This document shows positions 37,883-51,110 of a DNA stretch of 64,000 bases, piece by piece (position 1 is the first letter of the stretch; each line of letters starts with the position of its first letter). The translations under genes and the position numbers were made by a program. The notes beneath the pieces are model-generated. The model was not told the DNA's origin. It searched no databases and worked only from the letters and a program-made list of their open reading frames with translations. Origin of the DNA: an uncultured Acidobacteriota bacterium (GTDB lineage Bacteria > Acidobacteriota > Thermoanaerobaculia > Multivoradales > SZUA-115); the NCBI GenBank assembly GCA_963805975.1, contig CAWDVR010000001.1:768001-832000 (forward strand), read 5' to 3'.

Positions 37883-38377
37883 TTACTCCTGCGCGATCTG
37901 GATGAAGTTGCCGCAGGTGTCCTCGAACATCGCGATCTTCACCGGCCCGGCCTGGGTTGGCGGCATGCGGAACACGACGCCCAGCTTCTGCAACCGCTCG
38001 AACTCCTTCTGCACGTCGTCGACGCCGAACATCGTCCACGGGATGCCCTGGTCGAACATCGCCTTCTGAAAGGTCTTGGCCGCCGGGTTGCCATTGGGCT
38101 CGAGCAGCAGCTCGGTGCCGTCGGGATCGGCGGGCGACACCACGGTCAGCCAGCGCGCTCCGCCGGCCGGGACGTCCGTCTTCTTCACGAAGCCCAGCAC
38201 CTCGGTGTAGAACTGCAGGGCCTTCTCCTGGTCGTCGACCAGCACGCTGGTCACGATGATCCTCATCGAGCCTTTCTCCTTTCCCGGGGCGGGCGTCCCC
38301 AGGCTGTCCTGGGTTCCGAAGGTCGCGGTTGCGAACAATAGGGTGATCAAGCTTGCAAGCATCGTGGATCTGTTCAC
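37883..38377 (-). CDS. VOC/glyoxalase family protein, possibly with an N-terminal signal peptide
   Basis: VDDQEKALQFYTEVLGF, RWLTVVSP, FEDTCGNFIQI. Two RBS-preceded starts: GTG 38377 and ATG 38266. Confidence 0.88.
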   Translation of the reverse strand: MNRSTMLASLITLLFATATFGTQDSLGTPAPGKEKGSMRIIVTSVLVDDQEKALQFYTEVLGFVKKTDVPAGGARWLTVVSPADPDGTELLLEPNGNPAAKTFQKAMFDQGIPWTMFGVDDVQKEFERLQKLGVVFRMPPTQAGPVKIAMFEDTCGNFIQIAQE

Positions 38378-38399
38378 GGGCTCTCCTCGTTGGCCGGTT

Positions 38400-38620
38400 A
38401 GCTCTCGGCGCGACGGCTTGTCGAAGATCTTCTTCAGGGTCTCGGCCTGCTGGGGTGGGCGCGATCTGAAGTAGACACTTGGGGGCCACCGCAATGGGCA
38501 GAGGCTCGACACCAGGGTGATCAGCAGGCCGGCCAGGAAGCCCCGGCCGAAGCTCAGCCGGCCCGTCTGCTCGCGGTAGGAGGCCGAAGACCAGGATGCC
38601 GCCCAAGAGCCGGCGCCGCG
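38400..38620 (-). pseudogene. Degraded DUF4199-like membrane protein remnant
   Basis: SYREQTGRLSFGRGFLAGLLITLVSSLC...VYF...QQAETLKKIFDKP, with no intact start or end. Confidence 0.45.
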
Positions 38621-38722
38621 ACGCCGGAACGGTGTGGGTCGAGGTGGCCACGGCAGGTCGATGATACCGGCTCGCCTGCCCGGGAGCGTGCCGGAGATCG
38701 GCTATGCTCGGGGCGAGGGATC

Positions 38723-39289
38723 TTGCCCAACGAGACCATCACGGAGCTACTGGAGCGAAGCGGCGGGAGCGGCCCGGAAGTGGTCAACGAGCTGGTGCCG
38801 CTGGTCTACGAAGAGCTGCGCTCGATCGCCCATCGCTTCCTCGCCGCCGAGCGCCGGCCAAGGCAGACCCTCGACACCACGGCGCTGGTTCACGAGGCCT
38901 ATCTCAAGCTGATCGGCAGCCGCGGGCTCGCGGCTCACGGCCGGGCGTACTTCTTCGGCGCCGTGGCCCGGGCCATGCGGCAGGTGCTGGTGGAGGCCGC
39001 GCGGCGCCGCGGGCGGCTGCGGCGCGGCGGTGGCGAGGCGCCCTTGCCGCTCACCGGCATCGAGGCGGTGGCGGACGATCGCGGTGCCGAGGTGCTCGCC
39101 ATCGACGAGGCCCTGACCGAGCTCGCGACGATCTTTCCACGCCAGGCACAGGTGATCGAGTGCCGGTTCTTCGGCGGCCTGTCGGTGGAGGAGACCGCGG
39201 AAGCCCTCGAGATCTCGCCCCGCACGGTCAAGCGCGACGGGTCGCTGGCGCAAGCCTGGCTCTTTCGCGCTCTCCGAGGCGGCGCCTGA
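38723..39289 (+). CDS. ECF sigma factor of the kinase-associated (TIGR02999-like) type
   Basis: LVPLVYEELRSIAH, TLDTTALVHEAYLKL, MRQVLV, RFFGGLSVEETAEAL, TVKRD. Confidence 0.92.
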   Translation: MPNETITELLERSGGSGPEVVNELVPLVYEELRSIAHRFLAAERRPRQTLDTTALVHEAYLKLIGSRGLAAHGRAYFFGAVARAMRQVLVEAARRRGRLRRGGGEAPLPLTGIEAVADDRGAEVLAIDEALTELATIFPRQAQVIECRFFGGLSVEETAEALEISPRTVKRDGSLAQAWLFRALRGGA

Positions 39290-39293
39290 CGCG

Positions 39294-41708
<2,415 letters not shown>

Positions 41709-41748
41709 TCGGCGGAGCGCGGCCCACGCCGGAGAGCCCGGTCCCGGC

Positions 41749-43020
41749 TCAAGGGAAAGTCTCGGTCCAGGCCGAGGTGTCGCCGCTCTCGAAGCCGTCG
41801 GCGAAGATCCGGTTGCCGAAGAACAGCACCGCGCCGGGGGTGCCGGGGTGCTCGGTGGTGTAGGGCGCCCCGGCGAGCACGCCGGCGGCTCCGAGAGCGA
41901 CGGTGGTGCCCAACTGGTCGTAGTCGAGCGGCTCGCTCCGCTTCAACCTGTGCACCAGATGCCAGCTCGAGGCGTGGGGATTGCCGGTGCGCAGGTAGCG
42001 GTACACCGCGCCGGCATTGACCCCGCCGTCATCCTCGCCGATCGCACCCGCCACCAGCTCCACGGACCCGGTCGGGCTCGCCGCCAGGTCGACGCTCCAG
42101 CCGAACCAGTCGTGGTCCGTCGCCTCGGCCGGCCGCAGCAGCGCCTGCAGCTCGAACTCTAGAAACGGGAGGGTCACGACCTCGTAGACGTAGCCGCCGC
42201 CCGCATCGGTGAGCGCTCCCGGCGCAGTGGTTCGGTCCAGGTACGGCGAACCGACGGCCAGGAGGTCGCCGTCGAGCGCCACCGCCCAGCCGAAGTCGGC
42301 GCCGGTCTGACTGGAGGCCGGAGAGACGATCTCCTGCAGCTCGATCCAGCTCCCCGCCCGGGCATAGACGTGGACGGCACCGTTGTCGCCCCGCCCCGGT
42401 GCCCCGGCGACGATCACCGGGCCGTCGATCGCCAGGCCCCGGCCCAACTGGTCGGCGAAGCCGCCCACGAAGGTCTTTGCCAGCATCCACGAGCCGGGGC
42501 TCTGCTGCTCGTAGATCCGCACCCGGCCGCTGCCGCCGAAGAAGTCCGGCTGCCCGATCGCCAGCGTCGTGCCGTCCATGACCAGCGCCCACACCCAGCC
42601 GCCGTCGATCCCCGATACCTCTACCTGGCCGCTGTCGGCGTGCCGGAGCGAGGTGGTGGCTCCTCCGGAGTCGAGCATCGCGTAGAGGAGATAGAAGCCG
42701 GCCGTCACCGGCAGGTATTGCGGAGCTGTCGGCAGGATGGGTGGATGAGAGACCCAGGAGGTGGCCCCCGGCCCGAGCGAGAAGCGCTGCGCGGCCCCCG
42801 CCTGCGGCGCGCCGACGATGGCGATCGAGCTGGCGTCTGGCGTGTCCGCGAGGGCGAGCGTGGCTCCGAAAGCGGGACCCGGCGGCAGCTCGGTGAGATA
42901 GTCCCAGAGCAGTGTCTGGTCCTCCGTGCGAGTGGGTACGGTGCCGGCGTGAGCCTCCGGCATCGTCGACACGACAAGAGCGAGCGAGAAGGTCAAAGCC
43001 TGGAAGCTAGGGTTGCGCAT
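41749..43020 (-). CDS. Secreted FG-GAP repeat protein with IFADGFESGDTSAW tail (paralog 2)
   Basis: FGWAVALDGDLLAVGSP, VAGAPG, GAVY repeats; signal peptide. Confidence 0.87.
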   Translation of the reverse strand: MRNPSFQALTFSLALVVSTMPEAHAGTVPTRTEDQTLLWDYLTELPPGPAFGATLALADTPDASSIAIVGAPQAGAAQRFSLGPGATSWVSHPPILPTAPQYLPVTAGFYLLYAMLDSGGATTSLRHADSGQVEVSGIDGGWVWALVMDGTTLAIGQPDFFGGSGRVRIYEQQSPGSWMLAKTFVGGFADQLGRGLAIDGPVIVAGAPGRGDNGAVHVYARAGSWIELQEIVSPASSQTGADFGWAVALDGDLLAVGSPYLDRTTAPGALTDAGGGYVYEVVTLPFLEFELQALLRPAEATDHDWFGWSVDLAASPTGSVELVAGAIGEDDGGVNAGAVYRYLRTGNPHASSWHLVHRLKRSEPLDYDQLGTTVALGAAGVLAGAPYTTEHPGTPGAVLFFGNRIFADGFESGDTSAWTETFP

Positions 43021-43098
43021 GGCGTGGGGTTCCTCCTCTCCTCCCTGCGCCGGGAAGAGGTCGAAAGGGCCACGCCTGCTTTCGCCCGCCCTACGCCA

Positions 43099-44364
43099 CT
43101 AGGGCTCGACAGCGCTCCAGGCCGAAGTGTCCCCGCTCTCGAAGCCGTCGGCGAAGATCCGCGAGCCGAAGAACAGCACGACCCCGGAGCTGTTCTCACT
43201 GTTGACCACGCCATTGGGGGCGCCGGCCAGAACGCCGCGCTCGGTGATCGCGACGGTCGCCCCCAGGCGCTCGAACGGATGGGGATCGCTGCTGATCATC
43301 CGGGTCACCTCCACCCAGCTCGACGATTCACCCTCGCCCGTTCGAGCGTACTGATGGATCGCGCCCGCGTTGGTGGCTCCTTCCCCGTCCTCTCCAGGAG
43401 CCCCGGCCACCAGCCGGGCACTACCGGCCGCGGGCCCAAAGAGATCCACGCTGGTTCCAAAGAAGTCATGATTCGTGGCTCCCGCAGGACGCAGCAGGGC
43501 CTGCAGCTCGAACAGCAGAAACGGGAACGTCACCACCTCGTAGACGTAGACGCCGCCCACGTCGATCAGCGTTCCCGGCGCGGTGGTGCGGTCCAGCCAC
43601 GGCGAGCCCACGGCCAGGATGTCGCCGGCGAGCGCCCCGCCGAACTCGGCCTCGACCTGGCTCGCGGCGGGGGAGTCGATCACCTGGAGCTCGATCCAGC
43701 TCGTGGCCCGCGCATAGACATGGACGGCGCCGTTGTCCCCCCGGCCCGGCGCGCCGGCGACCACGGTCTGACCGTCGATTGCGAGCGCCGCGCCGAGCCG
43801 ATCGCCGAACCCGCCGCCGAAAGTCTTCGCCAGCACCCAGTTCCCGGTGCCGTGATCTTCGTAGATCCGCACTCGGCCGCTGCCACCGAAGAAGGCCGGC
43901 TGACCGATCGCCAGGATGGTGCCGCGCTTGACCAGGGAGAGCACCGGGCCGCCGTCGATCGTCGGGATCACCACCGAGCCCTCGGTGCGCCGGATGGTCG
44001 AGGTCGTCCCTCCCGGGTCGAGGGCGGCGTAGATCGCGAAGCCCTCGACCGACACCGGCACGAGCTGAGAGGTCGTCGGGTCGATCGAAGTATGTCCGTG
44101 CCAGAAAGTCTCGTCGGGCCTGAGCTCGAACAGCCGCGCCGCGCCGGCCGTCGAGCCGACGATCCCGAAGGTATAGCCCGCCTCAGTCTCGGCCATGTCG
44201 AGCGTGGCGCCGAAACCGGCGTTGGATGGCAGAAGGGGATCGAGGTCCCAGAACAGGGTCTCGTCCTGAGTAAGGGTCCCGGCGGCCCCGGCACCGAAGG
44301 CAAGTGCCCACAGGCTGGTGGTGATCGATGTGAGAGCGAAAATCCGCAGGCGGTGGTTGCGCAT
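43099..44364 (-). CDS. Secreted FG-GAP repeat protein with IFADGFESGDTSAW tail (paralog 1)
   Basis: FGTSVDL, VAGAPG, LGATVAI repeats; collinear with 41749..43020. Confidence 0.87.
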   Translation of the reverse strand: MRNHRLRIFALTSITTSLWALAFGAGAAGTLTQDETLFWDLDPLLPSNAGFGATLDMAETEAGYTFGIVGSTAGAARLFELRPDETFWHGHTSIDPTTSQLVPVSVEGFAIYAALDPGGTTSTIRRTEGSVVIPTIDGGPVLSLVKRGTILAIGQPAFFGGSGRVRIYEDHGTGNWVLAKTFGGGFGDRLGAALAIDGQTVVAGAPGRGDNGAVHVYARATSWIELQVIDSPAASQVEAEFGGALAGDILAVGSPWLDRTTAPGTLIDVGGVYVYEVVTFPFLLFELQALLRPAGATNHDFFGTSVDLFGPAAGSARLVAGAPGEDGEGATNAGAIHQYARTGEGESSSWVEVTRMISSDPHPFERLGATVAITERGVLAGAPNGVVNSENSSGVVLFFGSRIFADGFESGDTSAWSAVEP

Positions 44365-44452
44365 GGTGGTTCCTCCTCCCCTCCCTGCGCTCTGGGGAGA
44401 GGGGGCGGGCCATCGTCATGGCAAGTAACTCAGGGATCGGCGGGTGCCGCCC

Positions 44453-44848
44453 TCATCGCGCCGGATCGACCCAGACGAGACCCTCCACCTGCTCGAAATG
44501 CCGGTCGAAGGAGATTAGATCGGCGCCGGTCTCCATCGCCTGGGCGGCGATCCAGATGTCGTTCGAAGGAATGGGGCAGCCCTTGCGGCGGAGCGCGTGG
44601 GTGATTCGGCTGTAGCGATCAGCAGTGGTGCGCGTCACCGGCAAGAGGCTCACGCGTGGAAGCGCCAGGAAGCGATCGAGCTCGAGCAGGTTCTGTTCCA
44701 GCCGACTCCCGCCGCGAAATCCAGCCAGTACTTCACCCACCACCACGGTCGAGAAGATCAGCGCCTTGGCGCCCATGACCAGCGCGCTCACTTTGGCATG
44801 CCCATGGCCCAGAGCCGAGTACGCGTTGGTGTCGAGCATGACTCTCAC
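44453..44848 (-). CDS. vapC: VapC family PIN-domain toxin
   Basis: MRVMLDTNAY, VVGEVLAG, PIPSNDIWIAA, SFDRHF; GTGA overlap with the antitoxin. Confidence 0.92.
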   Translation of the reverse strand: MRVMLDTNAYSALGHGHAKVSALVMGAKALIFSTVVVGEVLAGFRGGSRLEQNLLELDRFLALPRVSLLPVTRTTADRYSRITHALRRKGCPIPSNDIWIAAQAMETGADLISFDRHFEQVEGLVWVDPAR

Positions 44849-45111
44849 TTCCAGAGCTCCTCGTCGATCTCGTCGAAGATCTTGGTGGCCTCCTGGAACT
44901 CTTTCAAGTCCTGGTCGCTCCAGCTCCCGATGAACCAATCGAGCGAGTTGCCGATCACGTCCTCGTCGGGCTTGGGGGCGGCGAGCCCCGCTCCTCGCCG
45001 GAGCAACTTGAGAACGGCCTGATTCAGCGACAGGCCCTCGTCCTTCGCCAGGCTTCGGACCTTGCGGGCGAGGTCGTCGTCGAGGCCGCGGATCGTGAGC
45101 TGGTCAATCAT
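44845..45111 (-). CDS. FitA-like ribbon-helix-helix antitoxin
   Basis: QLTIRGLDDDLARKVRSLAKDEGLSLNQAVLKLL; acidic tail; GGAGG-like RBS. Confidence 0.88.
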   Translation of the reverse strand: MIDQLTIRGLDDDLARKVRSLAKDEGLSLNQAVLKLLRRGAGLAAPKPDEDVIGNSLDWFIGSWSDQDLKEFQEATKIFDEIDEELWK

Positions 45112-45122
45112 AGGCACCTCCC

Positions 45123-45179
45123 GCGAGTCAGGTATGACTCGCTCCGAGTCATTATCGTGACTCGGCGGTGCAGGGTCAA
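45123..45179 (-). promoter_or_regulatory. TA promoter TTGACC-17-GATAAT with two GAGTCA/TGACTC palindromic operators
   Basis: GCGAGTCA-4-TGACTCGC (45123-45142) and CCGAGTCA-6-TGACTCGG (45144-45165); the second straddles the -10 element. Confidence 0.8.
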
Positions 45180-45190
45180 GGGTGGCAGCG

Positions 45191-46279
45191 CTACCGCACC
45201 CGCTTGCGCCGGTTCTTGATGTAGTCGGCGAGCAGGAACTCGCCCAGGTTGTAGGGCGAGGCAAAGTAGGCGCGGCCGCGGTTGATGCGGGTCAGCTTGT
45301 CCACGAAGTCGGTCAGCAGCTCGTCCGTCGCCAGCATGAAAGTGGTGATGACCACGTTCTGCCGGCGGCAGAGGTCGGCCTCCTCGAGAGTGAGGTTGAC
45401 GATCCTCAGGTCGAGGCCGAAGGGGTTCTTGTACACCTGGCCGTTCTCGGTGATGGCCGAGGGCTTGCCGTCGGTGATCAGGAAGATCTGCTTGTTGGGC
45501 TGCTTCTGGCGGGCGAGCAGGCCGCGGGCGAGCTGCAACGCCTCGCGCGTGTTGGTGTGGTACGGCCCGGCCTGGATGTAGGGCAGGTCCGAGAGGTTCA
45601 CCCGCTCGGCCCGGTCGCCGAAGAGGATCACCGACAGGTGGTCCTTGGCGTACTTGGTGGTGATCAGCTCGGTCAGGGCGAGGGCCACCTTCTTGGCCGG
45701 CGTGATGCGGTCCTCGCCGTAGAGGATCATCGAATGGCTGACGTCGATCGCCACCACCGTGGCGCACGAGGTCAGATGCTCGGTCTCGTGGACCTCCAGG
45801 TCCTGCTCGGCCAGCTCCAGGCCGCCGTGGGTGCGCTTCATCGCGTTCTGGAGCGAGCGTGCGGCGTCCAGGTGGTGGAGGTCGTCGCCGAACTCGAAGG
45901 CGCGGGTCTCCGGCAGCCGTTCGACGCCGTCGCCGGGCGCCTGGATGGCGTGGTAGCCCGGCCCGGCCCGCTCCAGGCTGCCGAACACCTCCTCGAAGGC
46001 CGAGCGCCGCACCCGCCGCTCGCCCGAGGCGGTGAGCTGGGAGCCACCCTGGCCGTCGCGCTGGATGAGCTGCTGCTCCTCGAGGCTGGCAAAGAAGGCC
46101 TCGAGATCCACCGACTCGTCGATGTAGCCCTCCTTCTGCAGGTAGCGCATCCACTCCATGGCCTCGTCCACATCGCCGCCGGTGGCGAGCAGGAGCTGGT
46201 TGAAGAGGCGCAGCAGATCGAGCCCGGCAAGAAGGGCCTGGAGGAGAGCGGGATCGAGATAGGCGTAACGGTGGCGCAT
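45191..46279 (-). CDS. VWA domain-containing protein
   Basis: MIDAS DVSHSM, TNTREAL, LITDGKPS. Confidence 0.9.
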   Translation of the reverse strand: MRHRYAYLDPALLQALLAGLDLLRLFNQLLLATGGDVDEAMEWMRYLQKEGYIDESVDLEAFFASLEEQQLIQRDGQGGSQLTASGERRVRRSAFEEVFGSLERAGPGYHAIQAPGDGVERLPETRAFEFGDDLHHLDAARSLQNAMKRTHGGLELAEQDLEVHETEHLTSCATVVAIDVSHSMILYGEDRITPAKKVALALTELITTKYAKDHLSVILFGDRAERVNLSDLPYIQAGPYHTNTREALQLARGLLARQKQPNKQIFLITDGKPSAITENGQVYKNPFGLDLRIVNLTLEEADLCRRQNVVITTFMLATDELLTDFVDKLTRINRGRAYFASPYNLGEFLLADYIKNRRKRVR

Positions 46280-46306
46280 GGGATCTACGATCCGGGTCGG
46301 GGCAGG

Positions 46307-47809
46307 CTAGTTCACGTCTCTCTTACCCTTCGACACCGGGCGCTTCAACAACTGAAACTTGACCATCTCCTTGAAGCTGATCCGGCTGTCGAGATCCTGG
46401 CGTGCGAGCTTCAGGTGCTGGTGCAGACCCTCGAGCACCAGCTCGGCGGCGAAGGCGCGCTCCTCGGCGGTGGCGCCGCGGCGCTCGACGAGCGGCATCA
46501 GCCCCGGCACGCGCTCGAGCTCGCCGGCGTGCTCGGCGAAGGTCGACTCGTCGGAGAGCGTGATCGCGTTGCCCTCGGCAAACCAGCGGAGGACGCCGGT
46601 GTAGGGTCCGTGGTCCTCCTCGTTGCCGGTGCCCGCGTCCTTGCCGAGCTCGGGAAAGCGCTCGTCGAAGACCTTGCGGATCGCCGCCCCGATCAGCCGC
46701 CGCGCCACCACCTCGGCGCCCTGCTGCTCGCCTTCGTAGACCACCTCCACTTTGCCGGTGATGGCGGGGAGCAGCATCTGCAGATCGGCGAGCCGCGGGT
46801 AGACCTGCGCCTCGCCGGTCGCCAGTGCGCGCCGCTCGAGGTTCGAGGTCAGCAGCTCGAGCGCCGAGATCGACACCCGCGCCGAGACCCCGGAGCTCTG
46901 GTCCACGAGGTCGCTGGCTCGCGCCGCGAAGGAGATCTCCTCGACCAGCTCGCGGATCTCGTCCGGGATCACCACCCGGGTCTCGCCGCGCTCGGTCCAG
47001 GCCTCCTGGCGGGTGATCGCCGCCGCCGTGGCCACGTCCGGCGGATAGTGCGTCAAGATCTGCGACGCGATACGGTCCTTGAGCGGCGTGATGATGGTGC
47101 CGCGGTTGGTGTAGTCCTCGGGGTTGGCGGAGAACACCATCTGGATGTCGAGCGGGATGCGCACCGGGAAGCCGCGGATCTGGAGATCGCGCTCCTCGAG
47201 GATGTTGAACAGGCCGACCTGGATGCGGGGTGCCAGGTCCGGCAGCTCGTTGATGGCGAAGATGCCGCGGTTGGTGCGCGGAATGATGCCGAAGTGGATC
47301 ACTTCCGGGTCGGCGAAGGTGAGCTTGCGGGTCGCCGCCTTGATCGGGTCGATGTCGCCCAGCAGATCGGCGATCGAGACGTCCGGGGTCGCGAGCTTTT
47401 CGTTGTAGCGCTCCTCACGTCCCATCCAGGCGACCGGCGCGTCGTCGCCGGCGCGCGCGATCAGGCGCTGGCCGGGCACCGAGATCGGTGCCAGCGGGTC
47501 CTCGTTGAGCTCGCTGCCGGCCAGCACCGGCACCCACTCGTCGAGGAAGTCGGTCAGGCCGCGCAGGATGCGGGTCTTGGCCTGGCCGCGCAGGCCGAGC
47601 AGGATGAAGTCGTGCCCGGCCAGGATGGCGTTCACCACGCCGGGGATCACCGTACGGTCGTAGCCCAGGACGCCGGGAAAGAGGCTCTGGCCCGAGGCCA
47701 GGCGGGCGCGCAGGTTGTCGCGCAGCTCGCGCTTGACGCTCCGCGGCTGGTAACCGCTGGCCTTGAGCTCACCGAGGGTCGAGATCTTGGGGGGAGCGGT
47801 AGGGGCCAT
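46307..47809 (-). CDS. AAA+ ATPase (Mg-chelatase/MoxR-like), partner of the VWA protein
   Basis: GLRGQAKT Walker A variant, INELPDL, SANPEDYTNRG, LKDRI. Confidence 0.88.
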   Translation of the reverse strand: MAPTAPPKISTLGELKASGYQPRSVKRELRDNLRARLASGQSLFPGVLGYDRTVIPGVVNAILAGHDFILLGLRGQAKTRILRGLTDFLDEWVPVLAGSELNEDPLAPISVPGQRLIARAGDDAPVAWMGREERYNEKLATPDVSIADLLGDIDPIKAATRKLTFADPEVIHFGIIPRTNRGIFAINELPDLAPRIQVGLFNILEERDLQIRGFPVRIPLDIQMVFSANPEDYTNRGTIITPLKDRIASQILTHYPPDVATAAAITRQEAWTERGETRVVIPDEIRELVEEISFAARASDLVDQSSGVSARVSISALELLTSNLERRALATGEAQVYPRLADLQMLLPAITGKVEVVYEGEQQGAEVVARRLIGAAIRKVFDERFPELGKDAGTGNEEDHGPYTGVLRWFAEGNAITLSDESTFAEHAGELERVPGLMPLVERRGATAEERAFAAELVLEGLHQHLKLARQDLDSRISFKEMVKFQLLKRPVSKGKRDVN

Positions 47810-48768
47810 CAGTCCAGCGCCTCCAGCCAGCGCTCGGCGTCGATCGCAGCCTTGCAGCCGGTCCCGGCCGCGGTCACCGCCTGGCGGTAGCTCGCGTCCA
47901 CGGCATCGCCGCAGGCGAAGACGCCCGGCACTCGCGTCCTGGTGGTGGGCTCCTCGACCTGGATGTAGCCGACCTCGTCGCGGTCGAGCTTGCCGGCGAA
48001 GAGCTCGGTGTTGGGCGAGTGGCCGATGGCGACGAACACGCCCTGGGTGGGAAAGACGCTCTCCTCGCCGGTGACCACGTTCTGGACCTTGACGCCAGTG
48101 ACGCTGGCTTCGCGGGTGCCCAGAACCTCGGCGACCACCGAGTCCCAGAGCCAGGCGATCTTCTCGTTCTTCATCGCCCGCTCCTGCATGATCTTCGAGG
48201 CGCGCAGCTCACGGCGGCGGTGGATCACCGTCACCTTGGAGGCGTAGCGGGTGAGGTAGTTGGCCTCTTCCATGGCGGTGTCGCCGCCGCCCACCACCAC
48301 GATCTCCTTGCCCTTGAAGAAGAAGCCGTCGCAGGTGGCGCAGGCCGAGACGCCGTAGCCCATGAGGTGGGACTCGGAAGGGATGCCGAGGAGCTTGGCC
48401 TGGGCACCGGTGGCGATGATCAGCGTGTCGCCGGTATAGGTGCCCTCGTCGGTCTTGACGGTGAAAGGCCGCTCCCCGAGGTCGACCTCGGTCGCGGCCT
48501 CGAACTTGACCTGGGCGCCGAAGCGCTTGGCCTGCTCGCGCATCTGGTCCATCAGCTCCGGGCCGAGGATGCCCTGGGGAAAGCCGGGATAGTTCTCGAC
48601 GTCGGTGGTGATGGTGAGCTGGCCGCCCGGCTGATGGCCTTCGAGCACCATGGGCTTGAGCTCGGCCCGCGCCGCGTAGAGCGCCGCGGTCAGCCCGGCC
48701 GGGCCGGAGCCCAGGATCAGCACGGGGTGGTGGTTGGGCGTGGAGGGGGTGGCTTCAGCCGTCGACAT
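47809..48768 (-). CDS. trxB: Thioredoxin-disulfide reductase
   Basis: [50 protein letters not shown]. Confidence 0.97.
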   Translation of the reverse strand: MSTAEATPSTPNHHPVLILGSGPAGLTAALYAARAELKPMVLEGHQPGGQLTITTDVENYPGFPQGILGPELMDQMREQAKRFGAQVKFEAATEVDLGERPFTVKTDEGTYTGDTLIIATGAQAKLLGIPSESHLMGYGVSACATCDGFFFKGKEIVVVGGGDTAMEEANYLTRYASKVTVIHRRRELRASKIMQERAMKNEKIAWLWDSVVAEVLGTREASVTGVKVQNVVTGEESVFPTQGVFVAIGHSPNTELFAGKLDRDEVGYIQVEEPTTRTRVPGVFACGDAVDASYRQAVTAAGTGCKAAIDAERWLEALD

Positions 48769-48967
48769 TGAGGTGCGGACCTCCCGGAGGTTCGAGCTTA
48801 GAGGTTGGGATCGGCCGCCATCCGGCACGAACGAGGCGACGACCGGCTGGCAGTATAGCTGGAGCGCCAGATCGCTGGAGAGCCAGCAAGAGGGGAGAAC
48901 CGCCGCCGGCGCCGGGCGCATTCCAGGCCGGTGCCGGGCTCCTGCTACGCTTGGCGCCGGAGACTCG

Positions 48968-49471
48968 ATGAGCGCCCTATACCAGAGCAGCCTGCCCTGG
49001 AACCGGAAGAGGCCGCGCGTTCTGGTCGTCGCCTGCTCGGACGGCCGACTGCAGCAGAACCTCGACGAGTTCCTCACCCATCACCTCGGGATCCAAGACT
49101 ACGACCGCCTGTACGCGCCGGGAGGGCCGGGTGCCCTCGCCGGCACCGGTCTCGACTACTTGCGCAGCAGCCAGTACCGCGAGGACCTCGAGTTCCTGCT
49201 CCAGGTCCACGGCGTCGAGGAGGTGCTGCTGATCTTCCACGGCCCGGCCCCGGACGGGCCTGCCGAGGCGCTCTGCGCCGGCTACCAGCGCAAGCTGCCC
49301 TTCTCCTCGCCAGAGGAGATCCATCGCCAGCAGGAGCAGGACGCCCGGCGGGTGATCGAGGTCTGCACCGCCTGGGGCCAGCAGGTCCACTGCCGGGTGT
49401 TCCGCTGCGAAGTGGACTCGGCCGACCGTATCCGGTTCAACGAGCTGGAGGTGGCGGTCCGCGGGAAATAG
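48968..49471 (+). CDS. Beta-carbonic-anhydrase-like protein
   Basis: ACSDGRL, APGG, LIFHG...CAGY zinc-ligand pattern. Confidence 0.65.
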   Translation: MSALYQSSLPWNRKRPRVLVVACSDGRLQQNLDEFLTHHLGIQDYDRLYAPGGPGALAGTGLDYLRSSQYREDLEFLLQVHGVEEVLLIFHGPAPDGPAEALCAGYQRKLPFSSPEEIHRQQEQDARRVIEVCTAWGQQVHCRVFRCEVDSADRIRFNELEVAVRGK

Positions 49472-49528
49472 CCCGCGCGGGGTAGGGCGCTGGGCCCAGC
49501 AGATACAATCCCCCCTTCGGCACCCGGC

Positions 49529-50908
<1,380 letters not shown>

Positions 50909-51110
50909 GGGCGGGTCCGGGGCGTCGCCGTGCCTGACGGCTCTGGCTCTGGAGGTGAGGGCCCGGCCGCAAACGAGCCTGGCCCGATCCCGCAAATCCG
51001 GAGAAGACTCCACTTCGGCCCGCCTCGATAATCCCAACAAGCAAAGCGTCGGCAGGCCCTCCTCCGGAACAAGAGGGCCGAAAAATTATTCTGGACCAAG
51101 GAGGTCCCAT

